This document shows positions 30,201 to 43,710 of a DNA stretch of 64,000 bases, piece by piece. Origin of the DNA: Antedon mediterranea (lineage: Eukaryota > Animalia > Echinodermata). The notes under the pieces were generated by a model. That model searched no databases. It saw only the letters and a program-made list of their open reading frames with translations, and was not told the DNA's origin. Position numbers and translations under genes: made by a program. The number at the start of each line of letters is the position of its first letter. The first letter of the stretch is position 1. The stretch covers positions 18,228,001-18,292,000 of the forward strand of contig NC_092671.1 in assembly GCF_964355755.1 (NCBI RefSeq), given 5' to 3'.

Positions 30201-31470
30201 AATACAGTCCAATAGATAGGCCAACCGCCAACTCGTACTTAAATTTTGGCCCACTCGGACACACATTTCTGTAACCAGCAGGGTGAGGTTAAGCTATCTA
30301 AATATATTACAAATATAAATTATATTACATTGGAACGACCAGTTCGATTACATAACTGCCAATCATAATAACAAACCGATATCACAAGACAATCCTATAG
30401 ACTGAAAGAAAAATAGAATAATAATGTTAATGTCATACAAAAAAAAGCACAGTCAGCTAGACATGGTAACCGACCATTGAGGTGACCGAGGGTCGTTTGT
30501 GTACTTTAAATTAAATTAGGTTTTCGTGTTTTTTCGTGTAGTTTAAATTACATTAGGTTTTCGTGTTTTTTGTGTAGTTTAAAGCACAGGTTTTCTTTAT
30601 TTAATTTTTAGGACATAATTACACAATGCACAAGTGTTTCAAAGACTGTTAAGCATTATTGATCGTATGCTGTTGTCTATTAATTTCTGGATTTAAAATA
30701 AGTATTATTATTATTATGTTATCATTTAGAATAATATTCACAATTGTTATTGTATGCAATATTTATTCTTCTTCTTATTTCTCCATGTACAAATTTGTGT
30801 AACAATTATCTTAAAAAGTTAAATGTTAATGATAACCACAATGTTACAATATCTTTTGAATAATTAAATTTAATCCTAATAAGCTTTTCAGTGTGATCGC
30901 TTATCCGTGACGTCATTATACGCCATTTATATTATATAGTAGCAGTCTTAGAATGTGATGTGCCCATGGACATGATGAAGTCACATACCATATATGGGCA
31001 TATCACTACCACATTTAGGCACATTTTTTTATCAAACTAAAAATCAACACATCTCAAATTTCAAAGAGCGCGCACAACAGCCGCGTTTCTCGTGGAAAAT
31101 TCTCTTATCTTTTCAAATCTTACAGTTATTTTCTCAATTCTCATCGAATCTTTAAGTTTATTTTGATAACGTCATCATACCAAACAAATTAGAACATGAT
31201 GTGTGTCCCGTAATTTCACGTATGCTACACTGCATGTATATAGATATATAATTCATACACATAATAGGCAAAACTCAACACTATAAATATTTTGCAATCG
31301 TATTTTAATGTGTTTGCATCATTTATAAAATGAAATTACAGTAAAATTATGAAATTATCACCTACAATTCGCCAAAGTGACGAATCAAATTCTAGTTATG
31401 TTTATTATTCTTCACAATCATTTTCTTTTTCAGGAGCTAGCATTAACTTTTGTTGTGTAAAAAACTAATA

Positions 31471-34400
31471 ATGGTGATAATAATACCAATCATTGTTCTT
31501 CTCTTCTGTTGTACAACTCTGGCAAAAGAAGGTAAAGCATTCTAACTTGATGAATACTTGTAGAATGAAAATTGAAGATAGACTTTGTTTCATTATTTAA
31601 TGCTGACAGAATACGTAGTTAAAATATTGTCCAGTTCAGTGTGATATAGAGAATAATAAACCGTGACGAGGCGAACATGTTATAGTCTTCCGAAAATAAA
31701 ATAAGTTTGGATTTGTTGCATTTTAAACTGTTTTAATATTACGTTGCATATAATTTTTCATATCTGGCAGGAAACCTGGTTGTATGTGGAATAGACATCA
31801 CCTTGTTCGGTACGGTGATTGTGCCATCTAAAGATATGTTTAGATATTTCAAAACACTAATAACTCTATATTTTTTCTGGTGTTACACGATTGTTATTGC
31901 GCACTTTTTTTAATTGGCATAGTTCAAATTATCCAGTAAAATCCTTATTCTTTTGTAAATAATGATCATTTGGCTATAAGGAACTTTCTTTTATTTTATA
32001 TATATTTTTTTTCAACCTCAGAATGTTATTGTCGCGCTAAAAAAGTATCCAATGTATACCCACCAACTATTTTGTTCACCTTTTTGTTTTTATTTCTTGT
32101 TGAACTACCTAAACTAAATTTAAAAAAGATTTTAAAGCAAAATTTGTCCACATTCTGTGTTTTTTTACCATGTTAAGCGAAAGTCATGGTTTTTTTTATA
32201 TAGGTTGTGGTACTGGTAATCATATTTACAGGTTTGTTTATCTGCCTGAGAATCTAGACAGTTTTAGCATTACCTGTGAAGTAGATTTCCATGCCGATCC
32301 TGATCACGTGCATTACATGTTTACATCAGAGTTTACAGGAGGTGCTTTTCTATACAAAATCGATGTAAAAAGAAAATCTGAAGGTCAATATGAATTTAAG
32401 AGTAAATGTGACTCTAATACAGCTCTACAGTTTGCAAAAGTGACAGTTGTGTCAAACACTATTACGATAACGTATGAAAATGGAATTTTTTATGTTAGCC
32501 ATGCAGACGGATCTGGAGTAATAGCTCAGTCACCAATAGCAACAAACCTACCAAGATATTTTTGGTACGATGTGAATGTCAATTCGTCCGACTGCAAATT
32601 AGGTAAGGCACACCATACATTTCCCAATATTTCAAGTCCAGCCAATCTAGTGATATATATTGCAGTAATTGCAAAGAAAAATGTTCATTCCAGATAAAAC
32701 TTAATATGAATATGAAATAAACAAAAAATTGAAACACTGAAAAATATTTGTTTATTAATATTTAATTAATCTCATCTAAAAATATTTATGGGAAAAAAAC
32801 ATTATATTATAATCTTTTTTTCCCATAAATATTTCCGCTGTAGGTATTTATTTCCAAAATTGTAGTTTTACAATCGTATTTACACCTGACGAATATATTC
32901 TTGTCATTTTTGATTGGAAGATATGCGATGTGATATGCAATAGACATTCTATTAAACTCTTACTTCAGAGTTCAATATACTTATGTTACACGTGAGGCTA
33001 GGTTGTAGACTGCATGTTCGAAAATAGTGTAGTGTATCCCCGTCTATCTGCCTTGACATAGCCTCTAGTTAAATGTAGGTTATTATAAAATAAATAAATA
33101 AATAAGAACAATGTTTTTAATAATCGTGTAATGGTATAATAATAATAATAGTTTCATGATATGAAAAATGACTGTTCTAGTTCAATGTTAATGTACGGTA
33201 TACTAAATGATCTTGTCAATGTGTAGATTATTTATTTTTTACTAATACGAAAACAGAAAGAACGAACAAAACTAAAAAAAGAATAAACAAAAGAAATAGA
33301 GAATTAAAAAAGAAAAACGAAAGAACAAAATAATAAAAAAGGAACGAAACAAAATAAAGAGGGAACAAAATATTGAAGAAACAAGGAAAGAACGAAAAAA
33401 AAATGAAAGAATGAAAACAATTTAGAATTAAAAAAAAGAACGACCGAAAGAAACATGTTAATTTATTTTTCATTTAAACTATTTCCATTTTTTTTGATAT
33501 ATAAGTTTTGAATTTAAATGTGTCAATGTTAAATATTATTATGTAGATTTGGGGTCACAATGTTTATTAAACGGTTTTCCTCTTGGAGAGACGACGTGTA
33601 CATTTGTAGAAGACGAATGCATTTGGGACAAACACTATGCTAGTTGTGGAGGATGCTCGTCGTACTCAGACGCAGACTGTGCGCATTTTGTTGCATTGAA
33701 TAATGTTCCAACTACTAATTCTCCAACTACAACTACAGCTCCTACAACACCGGTATTTAAAACTAATAAAGTCACTACAGATTCTCAAACTACTGTTGCC
33801 CAAACGACTAATTCTCCAACTACAACTGCGGCTCCTACAGTACCTACAACTAATGAAGCAACTACGTTTATCATTGGACCTTCAGAGGAACCTAGTACTA
33901 TACTGCAGTTCACATCAAGCGAGGGTCCTAATCTGATGAACACAGAAGTAACAGTAGTGCACAGCACGGTTGATACTCAGACAGGAAATCTAGCAGGTAA
34001 GTAAGGTGAGTCCCGTGTTCTCTGAACGTAGGGGAATGAGCTGTTAGGAGCTCATTGTACTAAGCCTCGGCATTATGTGGTAGGGTGGCCAGGTCCTTTC
34101 CACGCCGCCTTTTTTCTCCCTAGTATTTTCAACCAGGTACTCAAACACATACACTAAACACATACACTTAGTAAACAAAACAGTTTTTTCGTTATAGATC
34201 GAAACATAAGTTAAATCAAATTAAAAATTAAATAATGGAATAAAATGGAATAATTTAAAAAAAAATTAATCATTAAACTTAAAATTATCAATTGTGATTA
34301 TTTTACGTGTGCTCACAGATGCATAGCCTTACACACCTTGCTACTGGTAAATGTGAAAGATTAAACTGTGACTTGAAACCTAATTGGACTGAATTGCGCA

Positions 34401-36166
34401 CAGGTGTGGACACTAACTCTTTTCTCCCAAAATGGTCCTTGTTCGCCTGTCCACAACGACAGGGGCTGAATGAAACAGAACACCGGGGTAACCCCTACTC
34501 TTCCGAAAAATGAACTGGGTTATTTAAAGTATAAACGAGCCAGATATGTACGCTGGACTTCCAATTTTAAGTCCTTATCCGAGAAGACTTGTTCTATCAC
34601 CAGAACAATGCTCGAGGAGTGACTGCAACCTCTGCTGATTGTATAGCTATGGCTTGCGGCGCCCCTCTCATAACCAATTGGTCACTGGACATGTTAAGCA
34701 ACACTGATCTGATTGCAGCCTTATTTGGCAATGTGTAGATAGTAAGTCACTTGGTAAATTTACGTTAATCTTCTCGTTTATAAACCCCTTAGTTTCATTA
34801 CGAAATGCTGTGTACAGAATGATGATGGTTGAAGTTAATCTTTTTAAATATGTATTGTTTTTTCTTTCTATTTTTACACATTTTCTAGAAACTACTACAA
34901 CTCTAAGCACAGATATTACTACTACTACTGCTGCTGCTCTTACTACCACTGCTACTACTACAGCAACAACAATAACAACTGATATAACAACACCAAGTGT
35001 TACTACCGTTACTGAGAGACAAACTACTATTCACACCACAACCCATGCTACTGTTAACAGTAAGTGTACTTTTTATTTGTATCAAACTTAACCCTTTGAA
35101 GACGTGGCCCGTATCCCATACGGGGTAATTTACTGTCCTAGGACGCGAGGCCCGTATATGTACGGGTTGACTTTTTGGTCACTGAATTGCATTTTTTGAG
35201 CATTTGACCTTTGACCTAGGTAAACAAAAACAAATGCTATTTTTTGAAAGGCCAAAACATTTCACATTATAAAATATAAATATAAATTGCAGAAAATTAC
35301 AGTAAGAAAAATATGTTTAATATTTTTCCTAAAACTATTAAAATACCTTATTTAGCCTCAGTTTAAGTTCTTAGTTTTGAATTGTACTACAATTCAGCGT
35401 TTTATGCTGCGATGTGTTTTTTTATATGATTGGATAAAGATACCGAATATATCAAAATTCCTATAAATAAACAAACGGTATGTAGTTCAACCGACTGAAG
35501 AAACATTTTAAAACAACTGATAGTATATTTTAAATAAAATTGGTTTTATTTTGTTAAAATGCCAAACTCAACATCCACCTCTTCTGTTGGCAGGAATTGT
35601 TACTACTGAAAAGGTCACTACCACGCAACCTGCCACGACTGAGGATCCCGTTGGAGGTACAGTTATTATTTATTTGTACAAAACTTTCTAATATCTATGT
35701 TTTAATTAGAAAAGAACAATGATTAAGTAGACGTACCTTTCAAGTTTCGATTGTGTCAACCGCCTCCTTTTTGGGTGAAGCCTGGAATAACCCTAAAAAA
35801 ATAACAAAAATAATACATGTAATTTTGTATATGTTACTTTGGATTTCTTTTCTGATAGTGCAGTATATTGGCCTTATGTTTATACATTCTTACTTGTTTT
35901 AAATGTAAATAAGGTGAATAAAACTGTATTTGGTTACATTGCCGTGTGTGGGTGTATATGAAACGGATAATCTTCTTTATTTTGTAGACCTTATTTGGAG
36001 TAGCAATTTCATCCTACTGACGGTTACCACTGCGATTGCGGTTAGCACCCTTTTAATTGGCTGTATTTGTATCGCACAAAGTATGATTAAAATGCCTAGA
36101 AAATTTCGGCGAGTTTTGCCTGCACCAGAAATTGAGGCACAAAAGAAATGTGAAACCACAATGTGA
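31471..36166 (+). CDS. Paralogue A: mucin-stalked type-I membrane protein (~440 aa). Exons 31471-31531, 32204-32602, 33547-33996, 34889-35059, 35594-35656, 35988-36166; possible extra 39-nt exon 31771-31809
   Basis: All introns are GT-AG and phase 1, giving a continuous frame. Signal peptide MVIIIPIIVLLFCCTTLA; Thr-rich stalk; TM FILLTVTTAIAVSTLLIGCICIA; tail PRKFRR...CETTM*. Three exon boundaries are conserved in paralogue B. Confidence 0.85.
33997..34143 (-). mobile_element. SINE/LINE 3'-end-like fragment abutting the splice donor
   Basis: GC-rich island; the minus strand reads gagtacctgg...ggccaccctaccacataatgccg...ctcaccttacttac, resembling RTE-type SINE tails (recognised from memory). 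Confidence 0.4.
34440..34690 (-). mobile_element. Degenerate SINE with a Nin-domain-like core
   Basis: cccctactcttccgaa...gggtt.ttta...gtccttatccgagaagact resembles the conserved Nin-SINE core (recalled, not searched). Confidence 0.5.
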
Positions 36167-37183
36167 AAGAGTGATGCGTCAGACACAGGGACTGTGGGTT
36201 GTGAATTAATAATTCATTGATTGGCTGATTTGGCATGGCTAAATAAAGAATGAAAAATAATAATATCGTAAAGATGTGAACAAACAACTATAAATTACCA
36301 CGGCGCCTGTGACAGGTTACAACTGTATTCGAAAGAGAACCTACACAAATAATGACCATATTTTAATTATCGCACTGAGGGCGTGATATAGTTGCATTGA
36401 ATTGTTTCCGTTTGATTGTTTTGTATACTGTTTGTTTTGTAATTTTAATGTATCTCTTCATTCCTGGAGACTTTTTGAAATTGAATAAATTGAATGAATA
36501 TATTTAAATATTGAAATGTAACTAAATAAAAAGGTACAAGTAACGTGCACTGTTTCTATGTAGACGATACAACGATAACAGCGGAAATAAGACGCAATTT
36601 TAACGTTTTTAATATTCACAGGCTAGGTTAGGTGTTATGGAAACACGGAAGCAATGTTTTTTTTTCAAACCAAAGTCGACATTAAGCAATGTACGAGGCA
36701 TGCATGCATGCAAATTATATAAAACAATTGTGAAGTAAATGTATAATAATATTAAATATATTGTTATTTGTCATTAGCTAGTTACAAATTAAACGAATAC
36801 TTTTTGTTATGAATGCATAATAGAGAGAAATGCGAACTCTACGATTGCAATGATTTAGGATAATAATGAGAATTTAACTCCGAGGCGCTAATTTTTGTAT
36901 ATTATGTTCTTGTTTATGTTGTAAAACTAAGAATTTCTGACGTATTTAAAACCAAAAAAATGTTATACAGTATTAAAAAATCTATGTATGGTAGATTAGA
37001 TTCTGAGAGCGGATAAATCGGTGTAGGAATTTAGACCAAGTGTGTGTGTGACACAGAGCCAGAGTTTAAAACCTAATCAGCTATGTGTGGTATATTAATG
37101 TGTTCGTTGAGATGTTTTCAAATGTGCATGACTTGCCTTATTAATACATGGGTCACGATCACGCTCGAAGAGCATGCAGCATC

Positions 37184-39224
37184 CAGGCCCGTATCCAGGG
37201 GGGGTGCGTTGGGTGCAGACGCACCCCCCCCAAGTCCCAAAAGGTCCACTATTTCCTCGGTTGGTATTTTTTCTTGTCTTGTTTAACTAAAGACAATATC
37301 ATTATATATATACAAAATTTACATTATCAATGGTATACAAACAAAAATATGCTAATATAAAATGAAAAAATACCGGTAATTAAATTACGGAATCTGAACT
37401 GACTACAAACTCGATGTAAAACATGCGCAGTCGATCATGTGACGACAAGCAATAGCTTAGCGCTTCATGTACGCGGTACGCGGTATAATATACAGTAAAA
37501 ACGTTCGCGTTCACTTCATATAGCTTCAGCGCCTAGAAAACCACGATGTTCCATTGACCGTGAGAGTATGTCAGAGGGCTAATATGCACTTTTATGCATT
37601 CATTATTGCCAGCGATCTAACTTACTAATAAACATTAGCTAGGTACGCACTTGTCTGGCGGTATCCTTTTGTACGAATCGTTCAACGTTGGGTCGAGACG
37701 CGTGATATCAAGTTTCATCCAGGGACCAAAATGTGTAATGTAGTTATTTTCCAGGCGAAGTTTACCGACGGTTACCGAAGGGAACACGTGTACTTTTTGT
37801 CGGGGAATATAATATACAGTAAAAAGCGTTCGCGTTCACTTCGTAGCTAGCTTCAGCGCCTAGAAAACCGCGACGTTTCATTGACCGTGAGAGTACGTCA
37901 GAGTGATAATATGCACTTTATATGCATTCATTATTGCCAGCGATCTAACTTACTACTAAACAATAGCTAGGTACGCACTTGTCTGGCGGTATCCCTTTGT
38001 ACGAATCGTTCAACGTTGGGTCGAGACGCGTGATATCAAGTTTCATCCAGGGACCAAAATGTGTAATGTGTTATTTTCCAGGCGAAGTTTACCGACGGTT
38101 ACGTCGTGTACTGCGTCGACGTACGCTACACTACAGCAAAAACGAATTATGTTAATTGTTCGTTTGTTCACCAATTTTTTAATTTACAAGTAACCTTCTG
38201 TACCGTGGGGCACCTAAAATAAATTTTTCATCTATTACTAAACAAAAAAACATGCCATTTTCGCTTAGCCAACATTATAGCTATAGTTATTACATTTTCA
38301 ATATCCTGTATGTCATGAATTTCTCACCACTCGGAAGTCCAGATGGTACGCATGCATACACCTGGGAGGAATAAACTTTTTTCCCCGACTGAAAAAGGTC
38401 TACGCTTGCGTTTTTTAAGCCTCTAGGCCTGATGTTTCCACCAAAGTATAAAATGCAATTTTTTGAAGACCTGCAGCTCTAGTTTTAAACATTTTCTTAG
38501 CTCAGCCCCAACAATAAAGCTGGTCATATTTCGAAGAACAAGAAGTACATTTTCCGAGACCTAGCATCTCTATTTTTCAAACATTTCTTAGCTCAGTCAC
38601 AACCCATGATAGGGACTTATATATTTTTTTTCATGTTTTGAAGTATAATAAGTCCAATTTCCGGGACCTCCAACTCTATTTTTCTAAATTTTCTTTGAAC
38701 TTTTATTTTTTAAATTGAAAAATATGGATTGAAACAGTCATCGCGCATCGTTTTTTTGCACGCAGTATTTTATTTATGCATTATAAAAAATGGAAAAAAT
38801 GGCTACCCTAAATCTGATTAAAAAGACCTCAAATGACGCTAGAACGCGTTGCTTCCGGGGGCTTTGCCCCCCTGGACCCCACCGGGGGCTCTTGGCGGCC
38901 CCTGGCCCTCAGCCTAGTGATGCTCGCTTCGCTCGCATAGCCCCCTCATCGGGGAATGTAGCCCCCGCGTCGGGAAGATCCTGGCGCCACCCCTGCTGAG
39001 TTGGCCTCATCATGAAAGCGTTAAGTTCTGGTGTCCATCGTTCAACTAGCCCAAGCCACAACAGACAGTCTTACATCAGTCTTTAGAACGTCAAATAACG
39101 CAAATTTTTCCAGGGCCTTCGGCCCCTGGACCCTGACCGGGGGCCCTTGGCGGCCCCCTGGCCCCCAGCCATTGTTGCTCGCTTCGCTCGCACCCCCTCA
39201 TTATAAATGCTGCATACGGGCCTG
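37184..39224. mobile_element. Non-autonomous hAT-like DNA transposon (2041 bp) with 5-bp TSD GCATC
   Basis: TIRs CAGGCCCGTATCCAG / CTGCATACGGGCCTG; GCATC at 37179-37183 and 39225-39229; GC-rich subterminal regions; no transposase ORF. Confidence 0.85.
37484..38102. repeat. Tandem direct duplication of ~293 bp (37484-37775 and 37808-38102) inside the hAT-like element
   Basis: Near-identical sequence read directly. Confidence 0.95.
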
Positions 39225-39880
39225 GCATCTTTTCATGATCAAAATGTGATTCAAAGTGTACTTTGAGCTTTCCTTCTGGATCCTGCTATCACTAAAGACT
39301 GTAGTTCTTTATCACGTGTAGTTCGACTGTTTCGTTTCTGTTTCTTAATTTATGTCATCTTATCTGTAACTTCCTTTATTGTTTTATGTAAATGTTTTGA
39401 ACTGAAATTATAAAATATATAAGAAAATCACCTGTATAATATTTCATTCAAAAAGCTTTGTTAAAAATTGACTCTATTGAATTAGACTTTTGTGAAGTAC
39501 TATAATTGTTTAAAACTGTATTATTAATCATTATTTTATGCATTTAAATGTATTATGTTACCATTAATGTTATGTTGATTGAAGAAAATTGATTTGTAGG
39601 GATTCGGAAGGGGGAGTTCTGTAAACGACAGGGAACACTTCGTTCTCATTAGTTAATGTTTTATTTTTATTGTTGTAAATTATATAGTTAACACGGTGTA
39701 ATTTTAACCACTTACAGTTGTAGTTATTTTGTAATAAAATATTGTATTTTTTATATAAATAATTGTAGTTTAGGAGAACGCAGATTCCGCAGACACAAAG
39801 AACAAGTTTATTATACTGTATACAGCTATTGTTGAACATTGCCCTTCGTAATTTTATTTCTCGTGTGCAGATGACTTTTC

Positions 39881-39922
<42 letters not shown>

Positions 39923-39969
39923 TTCATACTCATCCAACAGCGAGTAACCCGCCAATTACAGGATGGATA

Positions 39970-41520
39970 AACTATTTAAAATTTCACAAGACAAACATAT
40001 ACACAAGATGCTCTACATAAACAAAGACTTATTATTAAGTCTTTGGGAGTGGAGTTGTAAATTGTCATGAGAAAAAACCCTGACATTGGTAGCCAAGCAT
40101 CATAACCACCAAGCCACAGCTCCACTCCATGAAGCTGTGGATCGTTAATAAAGTCTTGTGTTAAATAAAAAATCTCGTTCTTGAGTTTTCTCTTGCATAA
40201 ACACCACTTTCGCCGAAAACGATTGCTCACATGACTTTACCTCATTCCACTTTGGAAGGTTTTACTTGATTTGTTAATACCACCGAAAACGTTCAACAAA
40301 ATATGTCAGTCTGAGCCCGGAATTCCGGTCTACTTTCCCTACCCACTTAAATCCTTCCAAACGGTTGATTTGGATTGTCTTTATTTACGCTGACATCTTC
40401 TATCCATAGCTGAATAATTTTTCCATGTTTTATTGTCGTGCCTACTTTTAAACTTCTTTCGTTTTCCTCATATAAAGTCGTTGAAAAAGTTGATATCTCA
40501 GACTTGACCTGACAGAAGTATGTTTTTACTATGTTGGAAAGAATTAATGTGACTGCAAATAGTTTGGTAATGCTTTGTAGCATGTTACAAACCGAATACT
40601 GTAAATATGTAATTATGATGAATTAGATTAGACTAGATGGTACGCGAGCGTGGTCGTGCCCACAGAGATGTATAAATGTAAAAATCATAACAAATGAAAC
40701 AATTGATGATGAAATAAAAGTGGAAAACCCACAAAAGACAAAAAAAAAGAACTAATGAGACGAACTAAGGCTTATTTTTTTTTTTATCAATGACACTTTT
40801 ACATTACTCCAACTTTACCATGAAAATGTTTATTAGCCCATCATACTTCCAACAAATTTGTCAACATTGTCCCAAACCTCATTCTGCTGAATACACCATT
40901 CCATGTGGTGTTTTATCCATGTTTGCCTCAAATTTCAACAATGTCTCGATTTTGTAAAATGGCAGCTAACACAATGGCATATGACTGGTTAATCATTTCA
41001 AGAACTTAATTCCTACTACCAGTTAAATGGTTAAGAGTTATACCAATCGAAATGTGTTTTCTTTGCTTTTCTACCGTGATGTTGCTGCAAAAATAGAATC
41101 TCGATTAATAGATTTTATTATCTTTTGCTTGCTTTCATGCTTTTAATTCCTTGGATACGGTTCGAAAGTAAGATGCTTGAATTCAGAAACCAACGTAAAT
41201 TTAAATCTTCCTAGTGTTTCTAATTTTCTGGTACAGTTATTTTTTATTTACTTAAGGATAAGCATTTCGTAGTATAAATGCAACTTTCTAATCCGGAAAA
41301 GAATGTCTGTAATTATATCGTAGTTTTGTTTGTGCAAAGTTTCATCTGTTGCCATCACAGAACTATTATTTTCACGTTTGCTCTTTTTTTTTATCAACTT
41401 TCCAAAATATTTTTAGTACAAGTTTCTGTGCAGATGATTGTGGTTTCCACGATGTACTTTTGATAAAGCAGTGAACTTTTAGTAGCACACAGTTTCACAA
41501 TTTTCAGACAGCACAACTGT
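39970..41520 (-). pseudogene. Highly decayed coding fossil, probably from an invertebrate DNA-transposon ORF
   Basis: Frameshifted motifs in the expected order: HISIGITLNHLTGS (~41055-41015), VWDNVD (~40880-40860), then LH...G...SG (~40135-40078). Confidence 0.4.
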
Positions 41521-42799
41521 TGATATGTGGGTGAGATGGAGGGGTAGATTTAAAGAAAGGAGAGGAGTGTGGCTGAAACGATCTTTCTGACTCGATATTT
41601 GTGGGTGTTTTTCTGTACTGATATATTACTATATATTCTATAATATAGAAATATTATGTGTAACGGGTTGATAACATTGATTTACTGATAACGGGATCTG
41701 ACTGACAATTGTTTTGGAACGTGTTTGGTTATTTGACATTAAGAACCTTATGAGGTCAAATCTTCTGGGTTGAAATGTGGTGAAATCATCTGCTGTGAGC
41801 GCACTACAACTTATTAATAGGAGTTTGGTGTATTATGGGTATATATATGCATCTAGCTTCCCATTGTAAATACCCTGGTTCAAATCCTGCTAAGGATGAT
41901 TTTTTATTCTAATTTGTAAATTGGTGTTTGTAACATATGATAATAAATAAATATTTGTTTGTTGACTTTGACCTTGACTTTGATACCGGCCTTTTAAAAT
42001 TGATTTCCGCCTAGATAATCGCTATATAACGATTTATTATTAATTTATTATGATGGATGATTGTGAACAGAGATTCCGATAAAAATTGTAGGTTCTTTAG
42101 ATGGTGAAATTGTTTTAAGAAATATTGTTTGTGGATTGTGACCTGAATTTGAAGATGACAAAGTTTGTGAGATTTGAATACAAACTGTGGCTTTAAAGGC
42201 ACAATTATACAAGCATTTTATATTCACATGGTGAAAAGTTAAGTCGCACGCAATTATTTTTTTTATAAAATAAAATACTACTACTTTTAAAGTAATTATT
42301 ATAAGGTTTTTACCACACAAAGATTAATACTTTTCTAAGAGATAACAGTTAATAAATAGTTAATTAATATACAGAAGTAAAAATTAACTTCTATCTCTTA
42401 GAACTTTGGAATTATCATAAAAAGTGGGCCTATCGGTATTTAAACAACAATTAACAATAATTTTCAATTCTAAATGAAACCATTAAAATCCTGTTTAAAT
42501 CAGTCGTGTAATTACATGCCAAAGAAGAGGAGACATAATAATGCTAACGCAAAATATCGTAAAATATGATATGCAAATGGATAATACAGTGCGCCATTAA
42601 GTGCCTCAAGCTTTAAATGTGTACTCTGAATGACAGTTTCTTTAATGTGGTTCATTAAAGACAACTGAACAAACATGTCAAATCTGTAACACTTCGTTAG
42701 AAACAATAGCTAATAATTAGTTAGGAAGAAAACAATGATCCTTTCCTATTGTCTAATTCCATTTTTGCAATCATGATGAAGACTTCAAAACGATTATTA

Positions 42800-43011
42800 T
42801 TACGATACAATACTGTTGGGGACCCATTTGGAAACAATATTTTGGGGACCCATTTGGAAACAAGCTTTTGGGCTTAAAGGGTTATCCTCTGCCTTCCATG
42901 TTTTTTTCTTCACAAGCCTTTGTTTGTATTGTTCCATGTATTTATTTTCATTGATATTGTATGCTGTTTCATAATTGTTCTTGGAACGCAATAAATATTA
43001 CTTACTTACTT
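42800..43011 (+). mobile_element. LINE-type 3' end with duplicated ggggacccatttggaaaca, AATAAA and (TACT)n tail
   Basis: Stem-loop-like motif, polyA signal and a short tandem tail, as at CR1/L2 ends. Confidence 0.5.
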
Positions 43012-43710
43012 CACATGCGTTAAATTAATGCTGCCGTATCGCGGCGCCCTTTCTCCTTAACGTCGCATGCATTATTAACGTTACAGTCATTAAAACTTAT
43101 TTATTTAAATATAAATTATAATTTCGGTGAAGCGCCAGTGAAACGTAGTATATAAAACACTTGATGGTCTTCGATGATAGACGTGTACGTAAAATCAGAA
43201 AAATATTCGTATAGAAATTTGAATTAAGGTTAGGTGTTTCTTTTACAACTGCTGACATCAGTAAGTATTATTATTTTTTTTTACCAGTTAAAAAACAATT
43301 ATTGAAAGGCCTTTGCTCAACGAACAAGTAAATCATACATTACGGAATACCCCATTCGTGTATAAAAGTTGTCAAACAAAGTATATTCAGACCCATCGTT
43401 TAATACGACAATAAAATGCGAAAACATTACAGAAAAAATATAATAAGACTACTACACTCATATCCAACATTAACGCACTTTAATCACGCACGCTGAAATG
43501 CAGCGGGAGTATCCCCATCATCATGATTGCCAATTCCCGCTGTATTCCCTGACACACTATAAAGCCTAAAGTCTTGATTAGTTATGTTAGCCAAATTGGT
43601 AAAAAAAAAACTTACTATTAAACAAATCAATGTATATTGTACATTTTAGTGATTTAGGACAAGGCTGAATCTGCACGCTCAAAAGATAATAATAAAGTGG
43701 TAAATAATCT

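Noticed and set aside
35088-35170. piggyBac-like left end (TTAA-CCCTTT with short repeats)
   Set aside because: No matching right end or second TTAA found, so too weak to annotate.
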